NCBI GenBank assembly: GCA_965369305.1
Contig: CBDUQG010000003.1
Location: forward strand, 1 to 32,694
Source: an uncultured bacterium
GTDB lineage: Bacteria > Patescibacteriota > Gracilibacteria > UM-FILTER-43-11
Reading direction: 5' to 3'
Length of the DNA: 32,694 nucleotides
The notes under the pieces are model-generated. The model worked only from the letters and a program-made list of their open reading frames with translations. It made no database searches and was not told the origin of the DNA. This document shows positions 18,426 to 26,392 of the stretch, one piece after another. The number at the start of each line of letters is the position of its first letter. Position 1 is the stretch's first letter. Position numbers and translations under genes: made by a program.

Positions 18426-20101
18426 CCGAAGGTCCAGGCAAAAATCTCAGTGTCTGGATCATCAAAGATGATTTCAATTTCGTGAGTTCCATACTCGTCA
18501 CCAAAGTTGGCTAATTCATAGAGCCTTTCTCCATCGAGTTCCAGAAAGCCACCAGGGGCATCGGCCCCGGCATTGCTTGGATTAGCTCTTTCACCATCAA
18601 TAAAAATGGTTGCGCCGCCACTTCCGCCGATCACCAAATTGGCTTTTGAAGCAGTGAAGCGCATGCGAATGCCAGCTTCGGGACGGGTGCTGATAGCTCG
18701 TTCCAAGTTAACTTCCCAGTCGCCAATCAGCGTCCACTGGCTGTTACGAAGCTCAGCGTCAGAATCTTCGACAAAATTCTCACGGCGGGCCAGCCCGATA
18801 TAGGTTTCAGGGGTTCCGATTTGCCGGAAGTCCACTTGCTGAGCTTCCACATCAGAGTGCTTCATTTCGGTGGCCAGCAGGGCAGCGATGTAAGCTTCTG
18901 TTTCTTCGTATTCACCTTCTCCAAAGTGGGTGTAGCGCACGACACCATTCTGATCGATCAGGTATTTAGCCGGCCAATAACGGTTGTTGTAGGCCCGCCA
19001 GGTTTTAAATTTATTGTCCTGGACCACGGGGTAAGTCAGGCCAAACTCTCGCGTTGCCTTTTCCACATTCTCAAACTTCTGTTCAAACTGGAACTCAGGC
19101 GCGTGAATACCCAGAATCACAAGGCCGTCATCCGCGTACTTTTCATGCCATGACTGAAGGAAGGGGAGGGTGCGGATACAATTAATGCAGGAGTAAGTCC
19201 AGAAGTCCACAAGGACCACTTTGCCCCTTAGTTCTTCCATGGACGCAATCGGTTCGGCATTGATCCAGTTTTCTAGACCGGTGAGCTCGGGCGCTTCGTA
19301 TAGGTAAGGGAGACCTGTGCCATCATCGGGCCCGTCTTCATCCTTGCCTGCCTCCATTTCTTCCATATGCTCCTCCATGTTATCAAGGAGATTGGTTTCA
19401 AATTCAGTCACGCCAAACCCGGCATCCAGGATAGCGGTTTCAACCTTTTTGTCGTAGCCGGTAATCACAGCTAGACCCACAAGAATAAGGAGAGCTCCCA
19501 GGACCCGCTTGAAGAGCCCATGAGAATCGGCTGCCCAACCCAGGCGAGCGGTAAGCTTCTGGCCAAAGTAGGCAATAAGACCAAGCATGAGCGCCAGGCC
19601 AAACCCATAAATGATGAGGTAGAAAAGACCGGAGAGGAAGCTTACCGGAAGAACAGTTGCCAGGATCACAAAGTAGGTCGGACTACAGCTGGAAAAGACC
19701 GGTCCAAGGGCAGCTCCCATAAGTACCGCTCCCCAGTTGGATTCAACATGGCCAGCCTGAGAAAGCCGTGACTGCGATTTACCTAGGATATTTGTTTTTA
19801 CTTGAATTTTCTCCCAGGTGGTCGGAAAGAGCCAGATAAGACCAAAAATCAAAACGATTCCCCCTGAAAGCCCTTTCCAAAAATTCTGCGGTATATCTAT
19901 TAATAAGGTAGAAGCTTTAAGTAGGAGTGTGAAAAGAATCACGCTAGCCGCTAGTGAGCCAACAAGTATAAAAGGATAGGCTCGGTTTCGGGTTCCAGCA
20001 GCGCCACCCACAATTACGGGTAGAAGTGGTAAAACGCAGGGGGCCAGTATGGTTAGCACGCCCGCAATAAACGAAGTAAATATAAGTAGTGGGTCAAGCA
20101 T
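18422..20101 (-). CDS. dipZ: DipZ-type CcdA/DsbD membrane domain-thioredoxin fusion
   Basis: AGVLTILAPCVLPLLP and FSSCSP (CcdA Cys pair); GKVVLVDFWTYSCINCIRT; NRYWPAKYLID; TPETYIG; ends FAWTFG. ATG 20101 preferred. Confidence 0.88.
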   Translation of the reverse strand: MLDPLLIFTSFIAGVLTILAPCVLPLLPVIVGGAAGTRNRAYPFILVGSLAASVILFTLLLKASTLLIDIPQNFWKGLSGGIVLIFGLIWLFPTTWEKIQVKTNILGKSQSRLSQAGHVESNWGAVLMGAALGPVFSSCSPTYFVILATVLPVSFLSGLFYLIIYGFGLALMLGLIAYFGQKLTARLGWAADSHGLFKRVLGALLILVGLAVITGYDKKVETAILDAGFGVTEFETNLLDNMEEHMEEMEAGKDEDGPDDGTGLPYLYEAPELTGLENWINAEPIASMEELRGKVVLVDFWTYSCINCIRTLPFLQSWHEKYADDGLVILGIHAPEFQFEQKFENVEKATREFGLTYPVVQDNKFKTWRAYNNRYWPAKYLIDQNGVVRYTHFGEGEYEETEAYIAALLATEMKHSDVEAQQVDFRQIGTPETYIGLARRENFVEDSDAELRNSQWTLIGDWEVNLERAISTRPEAGIRMRFTASKANLVIGGSGGATIFIDGERANPSNAGADAPGGFLELDGERLYELANFGDEYGTHEIEIIFDDPDTEIFAWTFG

Positions 20102-20119
20102 GATATGCAAGGTTATGGT

Positions 20120-20536
20120 TTATTGAAAGAACTCTTCAATCTTAGTAAGGGTTGGGTTGACACGTTTTTCAGCAACACTGCCATCTTCATTGAAGAAGAT
20201 AACGGTGGTTTGGACGTTGACGCCATATTCTTTTTTCAGTTCCGCTTCACGGTCATAGTTGGCTTCCAGAACGGTATGGCCATTTAGGATGCTCAGGTCG
20301 CTTTTGAGTCGGGCTTCCAAAATTCGACAGGTCGGACACCAGTCAGCATGGAAGAAAAGCATGAAGCGCTCAGACCCCTGAAGCTGGGCAAATCGCTCAG
20401 CACTGTATTCTTCGTAGCCACTTCCTTCAGGTAGAGCTTCCATGTCTTTTTTGGTCGTTCCTACAAAGGAGCATGCGGTTAAGGCGATGCTTACCAGGAG
20501 CAAAAGGCCGATGAGATGTTTCTTTTTGATCTTCAT
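20120..20536 (-). CDS. Thioredoxin-family lipoprotein
   Basis: Lipobox LTAC; LFFHADWCPTC active site. Confidence 0.88.
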   Translation of the reverse strand: MKIKKKHLIGLLLLVSIALTACSFVGTTKKDMEALPEGSGYEEYSAERFAQLQGSERFMLFFHADWCPTCRILEARLKSDLSILNGHTVLEANYDREAELKKEYGVNVQTTVIFFNEDGSVAEKRVNPTLTKIEEFFQ

Positions 20537-20579
20537 GTTTAATGCTTAAATCATTGAGCCTAGTATATCACCAAATGGA

Positions 20580-20608
20580 TTGCGGGTAGAAGCTAAACAT
20601 GTTACATT
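20580..20608 (+). promoter_or_regulatory. Putative sigma70 promoter
   Basis: TTGCGG-17 bp-TACATT. Confidence 0.45.
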
Positions 20609-20641
20609 GGCTACAGCTATAAAACTAAGAAAAACAAAAAG

Positions 20642-20893
20642 ATGCGGAAATTCTATTTGGCTAGTGCCGGCGTTGTATTCCTTCTTATCCTTATCATATC
20701 CTTCGCCCAGGTAGGAGCGACTTGTACATGGTACCTTATCAGCTCAACAAGTCCTGCCTTTTTAGTACTGCTTCAGACGGCCGGACTCGGTGCAATCATG
20801 GGGGGTCTCTTGATATTGTGGTGGAAAATGCCGAAGCAGGGTGCCGGAGAGGGGGGTGACGACGAAGAGCTAGATGATGCGGGCGTTGAATAA
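20642..20893 (+). CDS. Small two-TM membrane protein, possibly LapA/DUF1049-like
   Basis: Two hydrophobic segments, a P..LVLL....LG...G pattern and an acidic tail. Confidence 0.6.
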   Translation: MRKFYLASAGVVFLLILIISFAQVGATCTWYLISSTSPAFLVLLQTAGLGAIMGGLLILWWKMPKQGAGEGGDDEELDDAGVE

Positions 20894-20899
20894 ATTTTG

Positions 20900-21106
20900 T
20901 GTTCATAATTTAGAACAAATAAATTGCCCATGAGCAAAAATTGGATTCTATTTATGAAATAAAATAAATATTAGTCAACTGCAAATGATGGCTTAAATAA
21001 GCCAAGAATTTTTTTGCTGCCCATTTACGGCTCATAATTGCTTGCCTTAAGAAAAATAGCTATGTATAAATTATGTGCTCGATAGAGTTCCGGACAAAGT
21101 GTCGGA
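20900..21106. promoter_or_regulatory. AT-rich regulatory region with several dyads and a promoter for the HTH gene
   Basis: TGTTC-N8-GAACA (20900-20917), TTGCCCATGAGCAA (20924-20937), TGGCTTA-AA-TAAGCCA (20989-21004), TTGCCT-17-TATAAA (21042-21070), TCCGGACA-AAG-TGTCGGA (21089-21106). Confidence 0.5.
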
Positions 21107-21167
21107 TGAATAAAAACGAAAAAAATCCCCTCCAGGAAATTATTTCGTCTTTTTTATTATTGTTACC

Positions 21168-21743
21168 ATGCTCAAGCCACTTTTTAGTTCCAACGCGCGA
21201 GTCAAGCTTCTCAACACTTTTTTGCTCAATCCGGATGAAGAATTTTTTATCCGCGAACTGACCCGAAAGCTCGATGAGCAGATTAATTCCGTCAGACGTG
21301 AACTCGATAATCTCAAGAAGATCGGACTCCTGAAAAGCCGTGTTCGCAATCGCAAGAAGTTCTACTATATAAACAAGGATTTCCTGATTTTCAAGGAGCT
21401 ACGCGACATCTTCCTAAAGGCCAGTAGTGACAACGAGCAATTGGGACGTGCCATCGCCAAGATGGGTGAAGTGAACTTCCTGCTTCTTTCTGGAAAGTTC
21501 GTCGGCAAAATCACCAATGTAGACCTATTGCTAGTGGGTGAAGTCGACAAGAAGAAGCTCCAGAAATACCTGGATGAAAAAATGGAAGGAAAGAAGGACA
21601 TCAAGTTCACAATCATCTCCAAAAAAGACTTCCTCTATCGGCTTGAATGTAACGACAAGTTCGTAAAGGACATCCTGTCCGCACAGGGCAACATGGTTGT
21701 CATCAACAAGCTCAAGAAGGAACTTGAAAAAATGGTGAAGTAA
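21168..21743 (+). CDS. Winged HTH transcriptional regulator fused to a degenerate minimal nucleotidyltransferase-like domain
   Basis: LFSSNARVKLL..F..NP..EFFIREL.R.L.EQINSVRREL.NL..IGLL (ArsR-like wHTH); C-half LLSGKF.....VDLLLVG resembles the MNT motif. Confidence 0.75.
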   Translation: MLKPLFSSNARVKLLNTFLLNPDEEFFIRELTRKLDEQINSVRRELDNLKKIGLLKSRVRNRKKFYYINKDFLIFKELRDIFLKASSDNEQLGRAIAKMGEVNFLLLSGKFVGKITNVDLLLVGEVDKKKLQKYLDEKMEGKKDIKFTIISKKDFLYRLECNDKFVKDILSAQGNMVVINKLKKELEKMVK

Positions 21744-21750
21744 AAACGCC

Positions 21751-21779
21751 TTGCCAAACCTCTGTAAGGACTCTAAAAT
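21751..21779 (+). promoter_or_regulatory. Sigma70 promoter of rplS
   Basis: TTGCCA-17 bp-TAAAAT. Confidence 0.7.
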
Positions 21780-21805
21780 ACACGAGCTTTTTTAATTTGA
21801 ATCCA

Positions 21806-22555
21806 ATGCACCCCACTATCGCTGAAATCCAGAAAGGCAATCTCCAGAAAGTTCCTGAGGTAAAAACAGGTTACACCGTTGAGGTAAGCCAAAAAGTTAC
21901 CGAGGGTTCTAAGAGCCGCATTCAGAAATTCAAGGGCCTTGTGATCAAGGTGGGGCATGGCGAGGGTGTAGAAAAGACCTTCACCGTTCGTAAGATCGTT
22001 GAGGGGGTTGGTGTTGAAAAGATTTTTCCTATCCATTCACCGAACATTACCAAGATTCACGTGGTGAAGAAGGCGAAAGTTCGCCGCCAGAAGCTCTACT
22101 ATATGCGTGAACGCTTTGGTAAGTCTGCCCGTCTTTCAGAAAAGCACGTAACCGACGAAGAAAGAGCAGCAGAAGAAGCTAAAATGGAGGCCCTTTATGC
22201 AGAAGCAGTGAAGGCTGATCAAAAGAAGCAGGCAGAAGAAGCTAAGACTGAAGGGGCTGAAGAAGCTTCAGAGGCATCTGTAGAAAATGCTGAGACTCCT
22301 GCTGAAGCAGCTCCAGAAGCAGCAGCTGAAGAAGCTAAGACTGAGGAAGTACCAAAAGAAGAGGCTAAGGAGGAAGTGAAGGAAGAGGCTCCAGCTGAGG
22401 AATCTAAGGAAGAAGAAAAGAAAGAAGACGAAGCGCCAGTAGATACACCCCAAGATGAAAAGGCCGAAGCCAGCGAAGCTGGAAAGGATGAATCTAATGA
22501 CGAGCCTACAGAGCAGGTAGAAGAAAAAGAAGAGGAAGAGAAGAAGGAGAGCTAA
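21806..22555 (+). CDS. rplS: 50S ribosomal protein bL19 with a long acidic C-terminal extension
   Basis: GYTVEV..KV.EG.K.RIQ.F.G.VI, TFTVRKI..GVGVEKIFPIHSP, KVRR.KLYYMR; about 130 extra Glu/Ala/Lys-rich residues. Confidence 0.96.
   Translation: MHPTIAEIQKGNLQKVPEVKTGYTVEVSQKVTEGSKSRIQKFKGLVIKVGHGEGVEKTFTVRKIVEGVGVEKIFPIHSPNITKIHVVKKAKVRRQKLYYMRERFGKSARLSEKHVTDEERAAEEAKMEALYAEAVKADQKKQAEEAKTEGAEEASEASVENAETPAEAAPEAAAEEAKTEEVPKEEAKEEVKEEAPAEESKEEEKKEDEAPVDTPQDEKAEASEAGKDESNDEPTEQVEEKEEEEKKES
22442..22517 (+). repeat. 76-nt in-frame module, copy 1 (rplS tail)
   Basis: 66/76 identical to 26215-26290 with no gaps (manual alignment). Confidence 0.92.
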
Positions 22556-22577
22556 TCCTTGAACTTATCACCACTGG

Positions 22578-23672
22578 ATGAAGATAGCGGTCATTGGCAA
22601 TTATGGGGCAACCAATATTGGAGATGATGCTATTTTGACGGCCATCCTCGGAGAGCTCACCGACCATAAGGTGACTGTTTTTTCCGCGCATCCCGAAATG
22701 ACTAAACCTCTTTTTAATGCCAAGGCAGCGCCGCTCTTTCCTCTGGGATTTCGTTCCTGCTTTAAATATGGCTTCCAGCAGTCAATTCAGGCCCTAAAAA
22801 AATGTGATGCCGTGATTCTGGGGGGCGGGGGACTGTTTCAGGACAGCTACCTTTATGCCTGCTTCCTGTGGGCTTGGCAGATCTTCTGGGTGAAGATGCT
22901 TAAAAAACCCCTCTTCATTTACGCCACGGGCGTGGGGCCGTTAAAAACGGCTATTGGCAGGTGGCTGACCAAATGGGCTTACGCTCAGGCCGACACCATT
23001 GTCGTTCGCGATGAGTACAGTGCTAACCTACTCAAAAAAATTGGCCTCAAAAAGGACGTGCATATTTCAGCTGATCCGGTTTTTCTTTACAAGAAGCCAG
23101 ACATTGCCAAAAGCCGCAGTAAAAGCACCTACATCATTTCGCTTCGGCCTTGGCTTAAGTACAACAAGAAGATTCTCGACACATTCACTGAATTTCTCCA
23201 GAAGCTCAAAGAAACAAAGGGCGCGCAGTTCATCTTCGTTTCCATGCAGCAGATCAAAGAGCATGACATGCAGATGATAGAGCCGCTGGTCAGTCGTTTG
23301 GGCGGTGAGCTTTACTTGCCCAAGCATTTTTCTGACCTCTTGCAGATCATGGAGACGGCCGAGTTTGCTATTGGCATGCGTTTTCACTTCATGATTGCTG
23401 CTTTGTTGACTCAAACACCCCTTCTGCCTATTAGTTACGGGCCCAAAACAGACGAGCTTTTTGAGTATTCTGAGCTTAAAACCTACCTCACCCATGTTTC
23501 AAAATTGAGCGAGGAAAAGCTTGAAAATGACTTAAAGAAGCTATCAGCAGGCTACAATAATGCCATTGTTTATGAGCGCACTCTCTTAAATCGTTATACC
23601 GATAGGGCTCAGATCGGCTCACAGCTCTTAAAGTCCTTCCTAAAAAGGTTTGACGAAAAAAAGGCCAAGTGA
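22578..23672 (+). CDS. Polysaccharide pyruvyl transferase (CsaB-like)
   Basis: GNYGATNIGDDAIL, GGGGLFQD, GVGPL, VRD, ADP, GMRFH, ISY..K. Confidence 0.9.
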   Translation: MKIAVIGNYGATNIGDDAILTAILGELTDHKVTVFSAHPEMTKPLFNAKAAPLFPLGFRSCFKYGFQQSIQALKKCDAVILGGGGLFQDSYLYACFLWAWQIFWVKMLKKPLFIYATGVGPLKTAIGRWLTKWAYAQADTIVVRDEYSANLLKKIGLKKDVHISADPVFLYKKPDIAKSRSKSTYIISLRPWLKYNKKILDTFTEFLQKLKETKGAQFIFVSMQQIKEHDMQMIEPLVSRLGGELYLPKHFSDLLQIMETAEFAIGMRFHFMIAALLTQTPLLPISYGPKTDELFEYSELKTYLTHVSKLSEEKLENDLKKLSAGYNNAIVYERTLLNRYTDRAQIGSQLLKSFLKRFDEKKAK

Positions 23673-23678
23673 TAGACT
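23650..23678 (+). promoter_or_regulatory. Sigma70 promoter of rplU overlapping the upstream stop codon
   Basis: TTGACG-17 bp-TAGACT. Confidence 0.7.
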
Positions 23679-23702
23679 TTGCCAGCATTTAACGAAAGAA
23701 TT

Positions 23703-24014
23703 ATGTTCGCTATTGTCGAAATCGCCGGAAAGCAGTTAAAAGTTCAGCAAGGAGATAAGCTGGAAGTACCTAAGCTGAAAGCTAATAAAGAAGGGGATAA
23801 GGTCAAGGTAGACCAGGTCCTGCTTCGTTCTGATGGAAAGAAGACTGACATTGGCGCGCCAGTTGTTTCAGGGGCTCAGGTTGAACTACTGATTAAAGAA
23901 CACGGAAAGGCCGCCAAGATCCGTGTCTTCAAGAAGAAAGCCAAGAAGCGCTATGAAAGAACCCAAGGACACAGACAACCCTACAGTCTGGTCGAAGTAA
24001 CGGCTGTTAAGTAA
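23703..24014 (+). CDS. rplU: 50S ribosomal protein bL21
   Basis: MFAIVEIAGKQ, IGAP.V.GA.V, K.RVFK.K.KKRY....GHRQ.Y. ATG at 23703. Confidence 0.97.
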   Translation: MFAIVEIAGKQLKVQQGDKLEVPKLKANKEGDKVKVDQVLLRSDGKKTDIGAPVVSGAQVELLIKEHGKAAKIRVFKKKAKKRYERTQGHRQPYSLVEVTAVK

Positions 24015-24939
24015 GCTTCTTTAAAACCTCATTCAGATCTTTCGGGAGTTTCGCCTTCAGGTGAAGCTCTTTTTGATTGCTCGGGTGGATGAACTTGAGT
24101 TCTGCCGCGTGCAGAAACTGGCGCTTCAGGCCAAGTTCACGAAGCTTTTCGTTAGTCTTAGTGTCTCCGTACATATTATCGCCACAAACCTGGTGGCCAA
24201 TGGCCTTAAAGTGGACGCGGATCTGGTGAGTCCGGCCTGTCACGATCTGTACCCGGACCAGCGAGAAATCACCCACATATTTTTCAACGTCGTAGTGCGT
24301 GAGGGCATACTTGGCCTTGGATTTGCCTGAAATCTGCATGTCACGCTTGCCACCGGCATGACTTTTGATCAGCGGTGCTTCAATACTCCCTTTTTTGGGG
24401 CTAAGGTGGCCCTTGAGCAGCGTGATGTAGGTTTTGGTAACCGTACGCTTTTCAATCTGCTTGGAAACCAGGCGATGCGCTTTATCGTTCTTGGCCGAAA
24501 TAATCAGCCCTGAGGTGTCCTTATCAAGCCGGTGGATAATGCCAGGTCGCTTTTCCCCTCCAATGCCCGATAGGTCCTTACAGTGATGCATAAGAGCGTT
24601 GACCAGGGTGCCAGATACATGCGCGCCGTGATCGGTGGGATGAACCACCATACCAGGGGGCTTATTGGTCACAATGATGTCGCTATCTTCATAAACCACA
24701 TCAAGTGGAATGTCTTCGGCAAGTATGCCGACCTCCTTGATACTGGGAATCATAACCATGAGCTCATCACTTTCTTTTAGCTTGTGGCCAGCCTTGGTCA
24801 CTTTCTTGTTGTTTACAAAAACATTGCCGTCTTTGATTAGCTTTTGAATAAAGCTGCGGGTCAGATCGGGTTTGACGCCCGAAATATAGTGGTCCAGGCG
24901 CTGCCCGGCCTCGGTGGATGTGACTTTATGATGCCTCAT
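24007..24939 (-). CDS. RluA/RluD-family pseudouridine synthase with S4 domain
   Basis: RLD, NKPPGMVVHP, RPGIIHRLDKDTSG, TGRTHQIRVH, QFLHA. Confidence 0.95.
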   Translation of the reverse strand: MRHHKVTSTEAGQRLDHYISGVKPDLTRSFIQKLIKDGNVFVNNKKVTKAGHKLKESDELMVMIPSIKEVGILAEDIPLDVVYEDSDIIVTNKPPGMVVHPTDHGAHVSGTLVNALMHHCKDLSGIGGEKRPGIIHRLDKDTSGLIISAKNDKAHRLVSKQIEKRTVTKTYITLLKGHLSPKKGSIEAPLIKSHAGGKRDMQISGKSKAKYALTHYDVEKYVGDFSLVRVQIVTGRTHQIRVHFKAIGHQVCGDNMYGDTKTNEKLRELGLKRQFLHAAELKFIHPSNQKELHLKAKLPKDLNEVLKKLT

Positions 24940-24979
24940 ACAAGTAGAATAGCGTAAAACGGCCCAGGCCGTAAGACTA

Positions 24980-25008
24980 TTGACAAAAAAGCCAATTATC
25001 CCTAAAAT
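24980..25008 (+). promoter_or_regulatory. Sigma70 promoter of the wHTH orphan, followed by boxA-like CTCTTTAA (25020-25027)
   Basis: TTGACA-17 bp-TAAAAT. Confidence 0.75.
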
Positions 25009-25062
25009 ACGCCAGCTTTCTCTTTAAAGTTGCTTACCTCCAAACAAGAAAGGATTAAACGC

Positions 25063-25383
25063 GTGAATGCAAACATACTTCAAATGCTCCTCGTGAGCGA
25101 AGAAGAATGGATGACTGAGAGTACCATCAAGCAAAGGGTGCTCGAAGAAGAGCCCCCACCAAGTGGCCAGGACCCCGTCCAGGTCGGCAAGGTGGTCGAC
25201 CGCTTGCTTGAAACCCTTGTCGACAAGGAGTTGATCGAATTCCGCACGGATAAAGCCGGCACAGAAAGTTACAAAGTGACTAACGCCGGTATCCAACAGC
25301 TCATCGTCGAGCAAACCAGAAAAGAGACTAGCCCACCCCCACCACATTCTTGGGTGCCCGCGCCGCCTCGCAGCGCGTCGTAG
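25063..25383 (+). CDS. Small hypothetical protein, probable winged-helix (PadR-like) fold
   Basis: GTG 25063 preceded by SD GAAAGGA (25048-25054); ILQML...V.RLLETLVDKELI......YKVTNAG pattern. Confidence 0.6.
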   Translation: MNANILQMLLVSEEEWMTESTIKQRVLEEEPPPSGQDPVQVGKVVDRLLETLVDKELIEFRTDKAGTESYKVTNAGIQQLIVEQTRKETSPPPPHSWVPAPPRSAS

Positions 25384-25391
25384 TCAGTACT

Positions 25392-25435
25392 GGGGGTGAA
25401 AGCCCGCCGCGTTCTACGCTGGCGGGCTCACTTTT
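25392..25435 (+). terminator. GC-rich hairpin, probable intrinsic terminator
   Basis: AGCCCGCC..GGCGGGCT stem extended by GTGA/TCAC, followed by TTTT. Confidence 0.7.
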
Positions 25436-25444
25436 AAAAAAGAT

Positions 25445-25472
25445 TTGACTTAAAAGCCTAGATCCCTATACT
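25445..25472 (+). promoter_or_regulatory. Sigma70 promoter of rplJL
   Basis: TTGACT-16 bp-TATACT. Confidence 0.65.
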
Positions 25473-25477
25473 AGTCC

Positions 25478-25589
25478 TTGTCGCAGACAGCAGGCACCCA
25501 TAAGTCCAGCCGAGACAAAGCAAATTTTGAATCTTCAGTTTTGAATTTTGAATTCGATTTGTCTCAGTCTGCACACTGAGATTTTTTTT
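25478..25589 (+). ncRNA. Ribosomal protein L10 leader with attenuator terminator
   Basis: AGACAGCAGG...CCAGCCGAG core typical of L10 leaders; GCAGAC/GTCTGC and GAGACAAA/TTTGTCTC pairings compete with the TCTCAGT/ACTGAGA-T8 terminator. Confidence 0.75.
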
Positions 25590-25599
25590 ATCACGAATT

Positions 25600-26355
25600 A
25601 TGGCTATTACCAGACAGAAAAAAGAGGACATCCTAAAAGAATTGACCGACAAGTTTGGGCGCTCCAAATCAACCGTTTTTGCAGCCAATCTAGGACTAGA
25701 CGTGGCCAGTGTTTCTGAGCTCCGCAACGACCTTCGCAAGGGGGACGCTGAAATGAAAGTCGCTAAAAAGACCCTCATCAGCCTCGCTGCTAAAGATACT
25801 GTTGGTGAACTGGATCAATCCATCATGGAAGGACCTGTTGTAGCAACCTTCTCTTATGAAGACCCGCTATCTGGCATCCAGATCCTCTACAAGTTCTCCA
25901 AGAAGAATGAAAACATCAAGCTCCTTGGTGGAGTGGTTGACGGCAAAGTGGTCGGACCGGATGTTATTCAGCAGTACGCTAAACTCCCAAGTCGCGAAGA
26001 GCTTCTGGCCAAGCTTATTGGCTCTATGAACGCACCACTTTCCGGCTTTGTCGGAATCGGAAACAGTTTGGTCGGTGGTATTGTTCGCGTGCTAAACGCT
26101 TACAAGGACACCAAGCCAGCTGAAGAAGCGCCAGCTCCAGCACCAGCTGCTGAAGAGAAGGTGGAAGAAAAGGTTGAAGCACCTGCTGAGGCACCCGCTG
26201 AAGAAGCTAAGGCTGATACACCCCAAGATGACAAAGCCGAAGCCAGCGAAGCTGGAGGTGATGACGCTGCTGACAAGCCTACAGAGCAGGCAGCCGAAGA
26301 AGCTGGCGCCGAAGCGCCAGCTGAGGAAGAGAAGAAGGATGAGGAATCTGCTTAA
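25600..26355 (+). CDS. rplJ: 50S ribosomal protein uL10 with an acidic C-terminal extension
   Basis: MAITRQKKE, GL.V...ELR..LR, VAKKTL, A.LPSREELLAKLIG; about 80-aa Ala/Glu/Pro tail. Confidence 0.97.
   Translation: MAITRQKKEDILKELTDKFGRSKSTVFAANLGLDVASVSELRNDLRKGDAEMKVAKKTLISLAAKDTVGELDQSIMEGPVVATFSYEDPLSGIQILYKFSKKNENIKLLGGVVDGKVVGPDVIQQYAKLPSREELLAKLIGSMNAPLSGFVGIGNSLVGGIVRVLNAYKDTKPAEEAPAPAPAAEEKVEEKVEAPAEAPAEEAKADTPQDDKAEASEAGGDDAADKPTEQAAEEAGAEAPAEEEKKDEESA
26215..26290 (+). repeat. 76-nt in-frame module, copy 2 (rplJ tail)
   Basis: 66/76 identical to 22442-22517. Confidence 0.92.
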
Positions 26356-26392
26356 TTAACTAATTTTTATTAATATTTAATTCATTCGTATT

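Noticed and set aside
9678-25033. Shared 9-mer TAAAGTTGC in the leaders of orphans 9693 and 25063
   Set aside because: A single short match; the 9693 leader lacks the SD and boxA-like features of the cassette genes.
25392-25410. GGGGGTGAAAGCCC as the start of a tmRNA or tRNA
   Set aside because: No cloverleaf, T-arm or CCA end follows; the sequence is explained by the terminator hairpin, and the rplJ promoter begins immediately after.
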